A stretch of DNA of 64,000 nt from Bigelowiella natans CCMP2755 (Eukaryota; Protista; Cercozoa). Shown here piece after piece: positions 24,980 through 36,521 of the stretch. The notes below the pieces were generated by a model. It saw only the letters and a list, made by a program, of their open reading frames with translations, was not told the DNA's origin and did not search any database. Position 1 is the first letter of the stretch. Every line of letters starts with the position of its first letter. Location of the stretch: contig ADNK01002063.1 in the NCBI GenBank assembly GCA_000320545.1, positions 13,936-77,935 of the forward strand, read 5' to 3'. Position numbers and translations under genes: made by a program.

Positions 24980-26149
24980 ATGCCAGTCTGCATTTTAGCA
25001 TTAGCACTGGTCTCTTTCCTGGTGGTTGGTGGAACATCAAACCTCAACATTCACCTCAAGTTGTCGCCCGAGGCAGAAGCTGCTGCCATTTCAGTGAACA
25101 CCATGCTAACGCAAGCGTGCAAGGTGATTGAATCCTCGTCGATTTATGTTTTAATAATGATGGTGCTATCATGTGTTAAGAATCAATTGTTCTGCTTGAA
25201 TCTCAGGGAAATGATGTCGATCTTACAGACACTGAGCAGCCGCATATAACAGTAATTCCATACATCAACACCAACCGTTATTAACTACGTAAATGATGAA
25301 GAAATGGGGTCAATCATGTTCTCACATATTACACCTACACGAGCGCGAAGCGCGTATTTTATCTTTATGCCTGCATCTTATTGGACCCGCTTTCTAGAAT
25401 GCACGTACTAATGAGCGTGTCTGCGAACGTTTCCACAACAGATGTATCTAACCAGCTTCGACTTTCCGGATTCGGTGGTATGGAAATTGAGCAATCTTAC
25501 AGCCGCTGGACCCCCCTCCCCACTGCTTCCCGATAACGGATGTGCGCCTATCAAACTTCAAAGCGTGGTAGTGTCAGGATGCTATGCGATGTGGCAAGTC
25601 CAGCCGAACGCGTGCTTGCAGCACATTAGCGACGCTGTAGTGAACGCCACGTTCAGCTACGCAACGCCCAACCAAACGATTCCTGATTGGGTCAAGCAGC
25701 TTCCAGAGCCACTGCGCTCTGAAAAGGAGGAAATGGTCCGAAGGTCCCCCTCCAAATCCGCATGTCGCCGCGTTGACTTTCATCTTGCATCCCTGAACAT
25801 GAAAAAATACGAAATACAAACCGGTGACGACCTCCATTTTCCCAAGAACTATGTAGGTGACAGCATCTCTGTATATGCCAATGAGCGGAAATGTTGATAA
25901 TTCAGGTACGGATCTCCGAATGTGTTCTCCCAATTTAAGCCTCACGTGACCGTTGGATTCGATTGCGAGGCGGGGCAGTCTGCGAAATACACTTCGTGTT
26001 TGCAAGGCGCGATCGCTGATATGATGACGAAAGGTGCTTTGCCAAAGCCAGCTCCTTTTGAAGCTGATATTCTCAGTGTGGGTAGTGTGGGTCCACATGG
26101 AACAGTTTTACGAGGGCAGGATTTTGCCAATTTCACGATATCTCACTAG
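24980..26149 (+). CDS. Secreted 2H phosphoesterase-family protein (DUF1045 / 2'-5' ligase-like fold), 4 exons; start uncertain
   Basis: Signal-like MPVCILALALVSFLVVGG. Splicing yields two HxT motifs: EQPHIT|MYLTSF and VRR|YGSPNVFSQFKPHVTVGF. Confidence 0.7.
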
Positions 26150-27000
26150 GATGTGTCGTTCGTGCAGCGTCCTGATGCATGCAATGTGAACAAATAAAAT
26201 ACACGTCGCAATGTCTAGACATTTCCAGATTTTGCTGCTTTCCAACAATGATGGATTTGTGCTAGGCACTTCTCTAGTTCTTTGCAATGGGTCTGTCATG
26301 ATGTCTATCTGAGCCGAACTCGTTGATGAACATGCATGCTTAGCTTTATTGCACTAGAGTCCAAGTGTTCATTCATTGTGCAATGATGTTGTCTAGATGT
26401 GCAACACATACGCACTGCTAGACTAGCACGTGTAGGTCTCAGGATCTCCACATTGTATGTGCACCATCATAGACATAGTAACATTATATCTGCTATTAGT
26501 CAGCACTGCTAGCTAGCTAGACTGCTAGTGTGACTCTGACTTATTCATGCATTCTGCGCGAGCACTTATCACGTTCTCTAGCTATGCCAACAACACACAT
26601 GCACCGCAACTTTGCTGCACGTGTTCCTCACACATGTACACATGTGCGCAAAGGAGACACCAGCGTAAAATCCTACGTCTACCAGGTCCAGTCACGACAG
26701 AATCGCAGTGGAAGATCGAGGTCAGCACGGCAGAGCGCTAGAGCAGACTAGCTAGCTAGCTAGTTAACATGCTAACACTAGAGCAGGGCAAGCGGGCAAG
26801 TCCTGAACACTTGTTCAGCAGGCTCCACAGTCCACTGTTTCGCGATGAATGAACGTGGAAACAAATCACATGCGGACATGCATGCGAGACACGTGCACAC
26901 ACGAGGTTCTGCTGCAGAACACTAGAACATCTGTGATCAGTACACACATGAACCCAAATGTACAAAGGTGGTCACATGGCCAAGTTTCCAAGTTGCAGAC
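26150..27000. other. TpA-reduced, CTAG-rich intergenic tract
   Basis: Repeated GCTAGCTAG (26508-26528, 26748-26763) amid TG/CA-rich sequence. Confidence 0.65.
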
Positions 27001-27811
27001 GCATACTGTAGAAGTATTGCGGCAAGGCGGAACGCAAATCGTAAGACTGCTTTTCTAGACAGGCTCTTTGAAAGATTCCCAACAACCATCATCCTAATGA
27101 TGATAATGAAAATTTGTTAGATCATCCACGATTTACGACCCATCAAGTTATGTGTAAATTTAAAATTTGTATCTAACGAACGAACAGACAAAAAGACGGA
27201 CAACTATGAGATGCCTACGGGATCTCCTTGTAATTATTAAATATGTAATTCATCGCCATGGTAAACAAACAAGTAAACATATATGTAAATTAGCATCACG
27301 CAGCACGATGTTTCTTTTTATTATGTCACACGTTGATTACATTACAACACGCATCTGGAACGTCCTTCTCTGTCCATCCAAATATAACACGGTCCATCTG
27401 TGCCACTACACATGGTCCGCAACAACATCTGGAGATGTAGCAGCAAACATATGAATACATGTATGCGTGTGATAACATATAAATAAATAAATAAATAAAT
27501 ATATATATATATGTATTACATTATACATTGCACATAATCGATTATCTGAATGCAAAACTAACACACTCAATTTAAAAGAAGACAGATCACGCGTTTTGTA
27601 TGATTGTTTACACGGAAAAATAATCAGCCATTCCAGTTGTGCATGTGTCGCAGCCACAGCATGTGTCATCTTTAATTCCATATTTTTTCCGAAGCTCTTG
27701 TCTACATCCACAAACATAAAAATGTAATTAACAATAGAATACATGTTAATATAGACATATGTATGTGCGTGTGTATTTCCATGTATGCAAATATTCGACG
27801 ACGAAATTTGA

Positions 27812-28656
27812 TCAAGAAAATGCCATGGAGAAACAAATGCATCCTAAGTTGAGCATCCGATCTAACCTGGTGATGAGTATGAATAGGATTGCAGGTGTCA
27901 TCAAAGCGTACATTATCAATGAGAAAGTAATGAAAGTGAAGACTAGCCCAAAAGCCAAGAGGAGCCAAAGCTGAACACAGTAAAATGTAAAATGGTGACT
28001 CCTGCTGTCATTGTTCTGAGTAAGGAACTCCTGGCTAACATACAAAATGCTGTAGGCCAAAGCAAATCCCAAATGGTGACAGCATGCAGACGGTTTTCGT
28101 AAATCTTGATCTTTCTTCACCAAAGCATCTGTACCCATAAAATGCATGGACATACAATTGACATTTGTAAAAGTCGCACAGATTCATTGTTTTGTGTTTT
28201 ATTAGAAGACATCATTACTGAGGTTCATTAATTCCTGCATGAGACCGAATTCGCGCCATGACAAAGCACATGCACCACCATGACATGATGGTCGAGGGAA
28301 CGCAGACTTCGCAACAGTTACACATTGGAGTAGGCCACGCTACAGTAGGACAGGATTTTCGAATTCAGTCATGGTAAAGTTCGCCGATGTCATTACATTT
28401 CTTTCAAATAGCACATGTATGAAGAATTACGGGATTTAAATAAAGAAGAACAGCGAGGATTGACGAGCAAAAACCAAGGTACAAACGCACCAATTTTGGG
28501 ACCGTCCATTCGCTTCCTTTCTGCAGCCCGAAAATTCTGATGCTGGTGGCGATCTCCCTCTCGGTCGTCAACTAACTTCGCATCCTTCTCCAGGCTATCT
28601 GGCTGGTCTACGATCAGCTCTGAGACGCTGTGGACGACCCCATCGGCTTCCTCCAT
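27812..28656 (-). CDS. Hypothetical membrane protein or gene fragment
   Basis: Acidic exon MEEADGVVHSVSELIVDQPD... and hydrophobic ORF LWLLLAFGLVFTFITFSLIMYALMTPAILFILI; no family recognised, could be a pseudogene. Confidence 0.3.
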
Positions 28657-28859
28657 CACAATCGGATGCGTGTGGGTTTGTGTGGGGAGTAGCACCAAGT
28701 TTCCGATATTTTGTTCGCAGGTTGAGTGATTGAGGGAACAACAAAAAACGCCACATTGCCTGCCTTTTCGGCTAAGCGACAGCCCAAAAATGAGGGCATT
28801 TTATACAATTTCAATATGAAATTTAATTAGGCCGATGACATCTAAAGATTCATTCTCGA

Positions 28860-29460
28860 TTTTCATCTCAAGCACGCCTGATTCCACGTGTGATCGAACC
28901 GTCTGAATCGCGTGCGTGCGTGTGCATCCATAGACATGGGTCGTGTGCTGCCAATGTGATGGACAATGCAAGGGCAGACAAAGTGGGCTGCCATCATGCA
29001 GCTCCATGACAATGATTCAAACGCGCAGCGTGTGAGCAGTGATCATTCTGAAGGACCCAATGATCGGCGCAGCGGGGGCGTTGGCCAACAACTGGCAAGT
29101 GTGCACAAGAAAATGCACAAATGCACACACGAAAAAATTTTCAGCCCGAAGCCAGAATGTGCTACTGCTGTGTGCAACGAGATAGTCTCAGCAGTAAGGA
29201 CGCATGGCATGGCCATGATTTGCGAACGATGTGAGTTCTCGCCAGTGAGGCTAGTTGGCATGTGCGAGGATCCGGTGTTTTGGTGCTGCACACTTCGCAC
29301 ACACACAAAAAGTATAAGAAACTACGACTCTGCACAAGCGGCTCTGCATTGCAACGAACGCGGATGCACATCATGCTACGACACATCATGAGCAAACAAA
29401 GCAAACAGGAATAGGCACAGGCAAGCCGTGCACTTATCGTCGCATGTCATTGCCAAAAAT
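28860..29460. other. TpA-depleted intergenic tract
   Basis: Only one TA (CATAG) seen between ~28860 and 29160; TGCACA repeats. Confidence 0.7.
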
Positions 29461-29641
29461 GTCAGTTACACTTCAGCCACATATCTACGTCGAAGACAGG
29501 GCTGTGTTGCGAGTTGCGAATGATAATATATTGGAATTGGAAGGGTTGAAATTAGTAAGATGTACAAAAAGCTGCACCAAACGGGGGATGTGACTAGACT
29601 ACGTGTTCCCAGTCGCAGCTTAAATCATTGTCGATACTACA

Positions 29642-30848
29642 TCAACCATCTTCGCAAGGGACTTTCGATGCATGGTGTGGATCAAATAGTGCATCTTCCT
29701 TGCCTGGAGGCGCAAGATAGTCTGGACGATACTCAATTACTTCGTAAATCTTGTGAGGATACCGTATCATGATGGGAGTCATTGCCCCTCCTAGTTTGTT
29801 AACCTCGTGATCAGGGCTTGAAGAACGTGAGGCATGCCGAACACATATATCCGCATACTCTCCGTCCTGTATCTCACCAAACCGATCCATCGGTAAGAAA
29901 TGCCGCCATTGATGGCAAGTAGAGTGAGTTTCGTTCCAAACCACGTGATGGCCATCGTCCCTCACGATCGGACTATGCAGTGTAAGATTAACTTCTCCCA
30001 TGTATTTAGAGCTGCTCGAAAAGCGAGATAAGCTGAGTCCCTCAAAGTTCAGAGGCGCCTTTACATTATGAAAGGAAAATCTTTGGTTAGAGTATTTAAT
30101 TTGCCTGAATGTAGTAGTAAAATACCTTGATACACATAGCGGGGTGATCTTTCTGGTAGTGCGTGATAACGAATTGCTCTCCGGCCTCCGATGAAGGTTG
30201 TTGTATTCGAATCGAAGTTTGATAAACCTTGTGTGCGTGTTCGTCTCCATGAAAGAAATAATGATCCTGTCTAGATCGAATCCTGAGCACGTAGATTACT
30301 TCAAATTGCCATTCAAGATCACACACACACACACACACACGCACGCACGCACGCACGCAAACACGCACAAGCGAACGCAACCACTAAAAAAAATCAATAA
30401 ATAGTGTCTGCTTTAAACCTACATCAAGTTTATGTAAGAGCGTCGAGACAATTATATAGTATTCATCTAATCATAGGTGAACATGGCATGTGCGTGTACG
30501 TGAGTGTGAGAGAGTGAGAGAGAGTGTGTGTGTGTGTGTGTGTGTGTGCTCTCGTGTGTACTTTGAAACTGTGCACACTTGTACACAGTCAAATTCGCAT
30601 ACTTCTACACGACCAAACTACTTTTGTATGCAATTGTCAAGAAACCTGTTTCCACGTGCGTCCTCGTAGAGGATAAGAAGGTGCGGAAAGTTATCGTTCT
30701 CTCTATGCTCTTTCATCACCATGGTGTATGATTTCGGGATCGACGGAAACGGCATTGCACGAGACGAGCAGAACGTCGCAAACAAAGCGAGTAGCTGACA
30801 TGCAAAGTGGATCCGGACTAGGTTGCGTAGATTCGTACCAGCTTTCAT
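29642..30848 (-). CDS. Secreted protein, possibly ependymin-related (EPDR-like), multi-exon
   Basis: Signal peptide (FACQLLALFATFCSSRA), PFPSIPKSY, YEDARGNR, aromatic beta-strand pattern, C-terminal DALFDP...PC. The family call is tentative. Confidence 0.45.
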
Positions 30849-31284
30849 GCCTTGAATGATAGGCTGGGTTTAGGATTCTATGTGAATTTTTGGTTATGCA
30901 TCTCGCGTGCTCGACATCATCAACACTCAAATTAATACGTCTCCAAATCTATCACCACATCCCAACAAGCAGATTCTATTGTCAAACCGAATGAAGGACG
31001 GGGTAGCTGGAATCGTCCTCGTTCTGAATCTCCTCCCCCCCTATCGCCCTCCAATTCAGAACATTCAGAAGGGAGGATCGGGCATTTAGATAGTGAAAAG
31101 AAATTTGAATGTGTCTGCGTGCGACATGCATATCGCCATGTCGCAGGATAAAAACAAATGTCAATTATATTCTTATTTCGGTTTTTCAAGAATTTCAAAT
31201 TCAAAACGAAAATTCGGAAGATGGAATTTCTACTGTGATGCAAGTCACAGGGGATTTTTCCTTTACGACAAATCCCGAGACATT

Positions 31285-31735
31285 GTTCAGCTAGTCAGCT
31301 AGCCATGGCATCGCACGATGAGCACGCACTGCTAAGACTGCATGTCATCCATGTTCAATTGTGTTCACTGTGTGTTGCAATGATGGACACGTCATAGCTA
31401 GCTAGGTGCATGGTGCATGGAAGAAAGCGCATGCAAACAGCTCATTCATCGTCTGCTCATCTAGTCATCTACAGCATCGTTCGCATGGCCCATGCTAGCA
31501 TGGGCAACTAGTCCCTGCAATGTCAATGATTGCATGCTAGCATGCTAGCATGGCTAGATGGCTAGACAGGCTAGCAGGGATCATGATGCGCCTAGCAAAA
31601 TGATGGTGACTTAGGCATGTTCATGAGATGTGAGCTGTGCATTGTGCATTGCTTCGTCTCGTGTCAATGGTCAACTAATTCATTGAAAATGGCATCCAAT
31701 GCAAATGTCGCACACCAGATGCAAAAATGTTCGAA
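31285..31735. other. TpA-depleted, CTAG-rich intergenic tract
   Basis: CATGCTAGCATGCTAGCATGGCTAGATGGCTAGACAGGCTAGC; most TAs are in CTAG. Confidence 0.75.
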
Positions 31736-31795
31736 CTACATTATTTTATTACAACTTTGTGCTGCGCATGTACATCTACAACCAGTCTCACTTTG

Positions 31796-33603
31796 TTATT
31801 TAACGACGTATTTGTGCAGTCGATGAGAAGAGTTCCAGCTCATAGCTACCTGCAAAATGAAAAATAAAAGTGAGCATCGTCGTAGATGTTGTTGTTCGGC
31901 GCAATTTGAGGAAGCTACTGTCAACCTGTGGTCGGGATACAAGTTCTGCTCTTTTAAGGGGAATTTTCTTCGAGGAAAATTATGAAGTCAGACCACATTA
32001 ATCTCCCATGTCATTCAGAAAATAATTTTGCTATAGTTGTGCTTGGTGTGGAGCGAAGAGCTCTTGCTACCTTGGAAGTCATAACGGTTGTTCCCTCTCT
32101 CAAACAAGTGTCTAAGTGGCTAATCAATAAATATTCCGTAATAAGAAACCAATCAGCAGATAGGACGTCTAAGTATCCGTTTCATGGAGGGATCAATTTT
32201 TAATTTTTCGTGGTCAGTCAACCGCAAAGGACGAAGCATTAGTAACGTGAGAGACACGAATAACAACTAAACAAAATGACGCGAACCTTCCAAGCCTTTT
32301 GAGAAAATCTCGGGAGAAACACAGGCTTGATATATAAACCTAACAAAAATAGTGTGCAATCAAGATACTTAAGCAATTAGCCTGTAGAATAAAATAAAGT
32401 GCGACTAGTCGTTAACTATATCGTGCGAAGCTGTAATGGTGAGAGATGAGAGACCAAATCAGCGTCGCTAATATCAACGTCTAGCATACTTCTGATTAAA
32501 TATGGGTATAAAGAGTTAATAAATCACGTGAACAGTACTTTCGGATTAGCAGAAGTTCTAGTTAGCATGAATTGAATCCATCACCCATGAATAAGCTGAA
32601 CTTTATCTCTCACTTTTTTATCCAGAAGTTCCTTCAAGGCCTAATGGACAGAAGCGGCATTGTCGGTCATTTGGTGCTGCCAAATTCTTTTCTCTCCTTA
32701 TTTTCACAAATAGTGTAAAAATGATGACACCTTAGTAGCGTAGGTATGACGTTCTCCTGATAGTTCTATTCCGACTACCTTCTGCAACTCTGGAAACAGC
32801 ATGATGGCAGCAACCTTCCGAATGGAAGAACGGTTAGGCAAAAATTCCACATTTGTAAATGCAAAATATGATCGTAAGGGTGTTTATGCCATTATAATGA
32901 AAGTTGGGCGAACACTCGTAATAGCTATTTTGTCAGAAGGCAGATACCCACCGGAGGTTTTCCAACTCCACTTCCGAGGTCATAGAACACCTTTTCCTTG
33001 GTCTCTTCGTCTCTTTAACACATATAATCGAATCAGGGCATGGCTACGACAAATCAACGTTATTTCTGGTTATCTTTAATATGACATAACAATCCCAGCC
33101 ACCTACATGAGCATATCGTCCATTCCTTCAAACGTAAGAAATCCATAGGTCGACTGGCTTTGATGTGTTCTGAAAAGGGCTAAGGAGAAGAGAAGTGGAA
33201 TGGAAAACCAAGTGAAGGTGATTATTGATATCCTAGAACATTCTAAGATCTTCAATAGCGAAGTTACCTCGATCTCCTTCCCCAATGCTTGTCTTAACAG
33301 AAGAGAAGAATCTAATTGTTTTAGATATGTAAATGCTCGCTTAAATTATTTGTATGGAGCTAAAGAACCCGTAGAACTTCTTTGCGAGTCTTTCTACTTC
33401 TGCACTTCTTACTGGGTCCCTTTTCTTGCGCTCTCCATCCTGCACCGTGGCAGCTGGTCGACCTAAAACGTCATTGTGCGTTTGCATCGAACGAATTGCA
33501 TTTTGACAAGATCTATCCCACGTTCAGGCTTAATTGAGTTTGGCGTCGAATCCACCCCTTCTCCCATGCCGCATAGAAATCCGAAGCAAAAACTGCTGGC
33601 CAT
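31796..33603 (-). CDS. DOT1-like class I SAM-dependent methyltransferase, about 12 short exons
   Basis: Spliced STYGFLTFEG..., VFYDLGSGVGKP, VVGIELSGERH, LIHG|SMLDVDISDADL|VYISSLCFS, VMTSK, VAMSWN...YVVK*, TAA at 31796-31798. Confidence 0.8.
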
Positions 33604-33877
33604 GATTCGTTTCTATTCCGAGCTTAGCACCAGCGGAACTACTTCCGCTTCCCCTTCTCAACTTGTTTTCATCACTTCCGGACGAGGTGTCGCAGACTTT
33701 TCTCTCGGGAAAAAGACAGACGCATTTTCGTTCTATCTAGAGCAGAATCTTCTGTCGCAGTAATGATCTGCCCTCTATTTTTCGACACATACACATTTGG
33801 CGCGAAGGGCTTCACCCTTTCCTCACCCACATTTTCCTGTACATGTTGCAAGTTGGTGTTGTTTAAGGGAGGCCAGA

Positions 33878-35751
33878 ATGAGAAAAGCTAACGAGGGAAA
33901 GAATTTTAGGGTAACATTTATATCCTTGTGGCTTTCCTCAATGACGAATGTATCGTAGGCGAGTATTCAATCCCACGTAAAGCTCAAACACTTCTCAAAG
34001 GCGCTGTACTGCGCAGCAAAGGCAACAGAAATGAATATGATCTGGGTTTTATGGGTTTGATGAACCGGTCTTTGCACTCAGATTGGAAGTTCTAATCTTA
34101 TGATAGAGACGGGCAAAGATAGTTGCACTTTCAGGTTCTCAAAATGAAAAGAAATTGAATCCGACAGAACCTTATTGTAAACCATTTCAGCTCCCTAAAT
34201 CATGCACAGTCTGCCTGCGTCAAGATGGTGTTTCAGAAACATTTCTTCAGATCAATGTCTCCAGGAAAAGTGAAAGTAATAGATCTCTTTAGCTTCTGGC
34301 CTTGTAGCCAAACTGAGTGTTGTTTACAAAATCAGTGTAAAGTTAACTTGAAGCTGGTTCTTCTAGCGCTTCGGTCTTTGAATTCGTAAGAAAACAGAAC
34401 TTTAGTTGTGATTCTAAAATTATGAAAGATATACTGAAATACGTAAATTTAGGGTCAAAGAATGTATACTTAAGATTGATGGAGCAAAAAATGAGTTTAA
34501 AATAAAGCTTACTGGCTATAGCGGAATTACGAAGGAGTTTCGCATATCATTTGAGGAGCAGGATGAGATCCCACAAGCTGAGGTTCCAAAAAAGCAAATG
34601 AGCATGATTAGCTCAAGATCACGTATTTTCCAATCGAAAGTTCTGGACAACTTCGCAACAGGTTCGGAACCGACCAGATTCAATGTGATTTAACATTTCA
34701 CACGCCATTTTATATATCCTAGGTCTACACGAAGTTTCGTTCATTCCGACAAGCAATTCTCTCATGGTGAAAAGTTATGTTGACCCGGATATGAAATTAC
34801 AGATGGGGCCCAACCAGAAACTGTTTCATACTGTAAGATATTGTTTTGCCTATATTGAACGTTGACTAACCGTCCCCGCCCAACAGGAATGCAAAGTCTC
34901 CGAGGGCGATTTCGAAATGTTTCGAATATCTCCATCACTGCATCACCAAACAATCACATGTCCTATGAGAGAGGTGAAGGCTGTGACAGCTTTCTGCAAA
35001 GATTTAGACTTCAATATAGTAATATATCTTGGAGTTCCAGGTGTGTTTCAATCGTCGCCATGCCTTCAAAAGATTTACCAAAATTATTTATGTAGGCCAC
35101 CCTCTCGTGATGTCAAACTCTCTGGAGAACGACACTGAGTTATTCATGGAAGTTATCGTATCCACATTAGAGGAAGATCCTGCATCTCAGCAAATCCCCA
35201 TGGAATACGGTCTATCCCAGCAGCCTCAAACTCACCCACAGAAATCGCAACCAGAGCCACAGCTACAACCACAGAAACAGCCACATGTACGGCAGCTGGA
35301 GAAGTCTGAGCGTTTAGAACAGTCACATATTGATGTAGAAATGAACGATGCCAAAACTCCACAAAATTTCGAACTGAAGCAGTCGCAGAAGTCGCAGAAT
35401 TCGCTCGGGGTATCATCCGGTGGACGCAATAGGTCTCCATCAATTTCTCCCACGCAAGTATCATCGTGGCCCAAAAACTCTATCCCAAGTAGACAGTCAC
35501 AAGCCTCTGATGATGATGCCAATTCCAAGTATAGCTTCGATCAGTTCCCCTCCCAACATCAGCAACAGAACAATGTAGAAAGAGATGGGTCATATCATTC
35601 ATCAAATGCGAAACGGAGAAGGTTAGAGAAGGAAAGTGCATCGAAACGTATAAGTACAAGAAAAGACGGGGCAGGTCAAATGGAGATGCATTCTGATTCT
35701 GATTCAGACGGTTCCTTTGTGGCGGGTACGCCAGAGTCTAGCAACAGCTGA
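33878..35751 (+). CDS. RAD9: Checkpoint clamp (9-1-1) subunit RAD9, multi-exon
   Basis: KHFSKALYCAAK|IGSSNLMIETGKDSCT..SLNHAQSACVKMVFQKHFF; GITKEFRISFE; VKAVTAFC..IYLGVPG|HPLVM..MEVIVSTL; disordered S/Q tail ending FVAGTP. This matches the Rad9 PCNA-fold layout. Confidence 0.8.
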
Positions 35752-35809
35752 ATCCGGTGTCCACATAATTAGGCAGTGTTTGAACTACGTTTGTGCTCTG
35801 CTGAGATTT

Positions 35810-36350
35810 ATGTATCTGGCCATGCATGACGGTGACAGAGCCGTCGTACATAGTGCACTGTTTGCAGAGGTTAGTACATAATTCTATGATCGTGACAAGT
35901 GCAATAAATGCCACGTGTGAATTGGTTGCCTAGCCTAACTCGCGAACTTCAAAGAGTTTTGATGTAGCTGCTTCGACGCACATTCCATGGTATGCTCATT
36001 CCTCTGCGAGTCGCAGCTGAAGCCTGCGTGATGATGCATGCAGGTCTAGAGGTGCGCATGCATGCTAACTAAGTAGCATAGTTCAGCAGTCACTACCTGG
36101 CCGTGCTAGCCAACACTATCAACGATCAATGTACGGTCAAATCAAAGTACGTAAGAACGTACCTGCTGCTAGCCTGGAACAATATGCGCCATGCAAGGTA
36201 TATGTATGTGCACAAACCGCACCGCCGATTGCCAGGTGTAGGGGAAGCTTGAATGATGTCAGCATGAACAATGTGCAAATGCCTAATGAATCTCCCAAGA
36301 CATTTTTAGCTAGTTTAGCTCAGCGTGCACGAATGAAGAAGCGCAAGGAC
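35810..36350. other. Partly TpA-reduced intergenic tract between convergent RAD9 and GT4
   Basis: CATG/TGCA/CTAG enrichment with more residual TA than other tracts. Confidence 0.45.
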
Positions 36351-36356
36351 ACATGT

Positions 36357-36393
<37 letters not shown>

Positions 36394-36521
36394 GCCTTCT
36401 TGACGGTCGAGAGTGAACACGTTCAAAGCACACAAGTAGAATCACATTCCACGTGGTTTTGCTCAGATTCATACATGTCTGGGACAGCTCATTGCGGCTA
36501 CAAACTACGACAAAGAAGCAT

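Noticed and set aside
33604-33877. Functional link between head-to-head DOT1-like and RAD9 genes
   Set aside because: The Dot1-Rad9 pathway concerns budding-yeast Rad9 (53BP1-like), not the 9-1-1 clamp subunit found here; short divergent spacers are common in this window.
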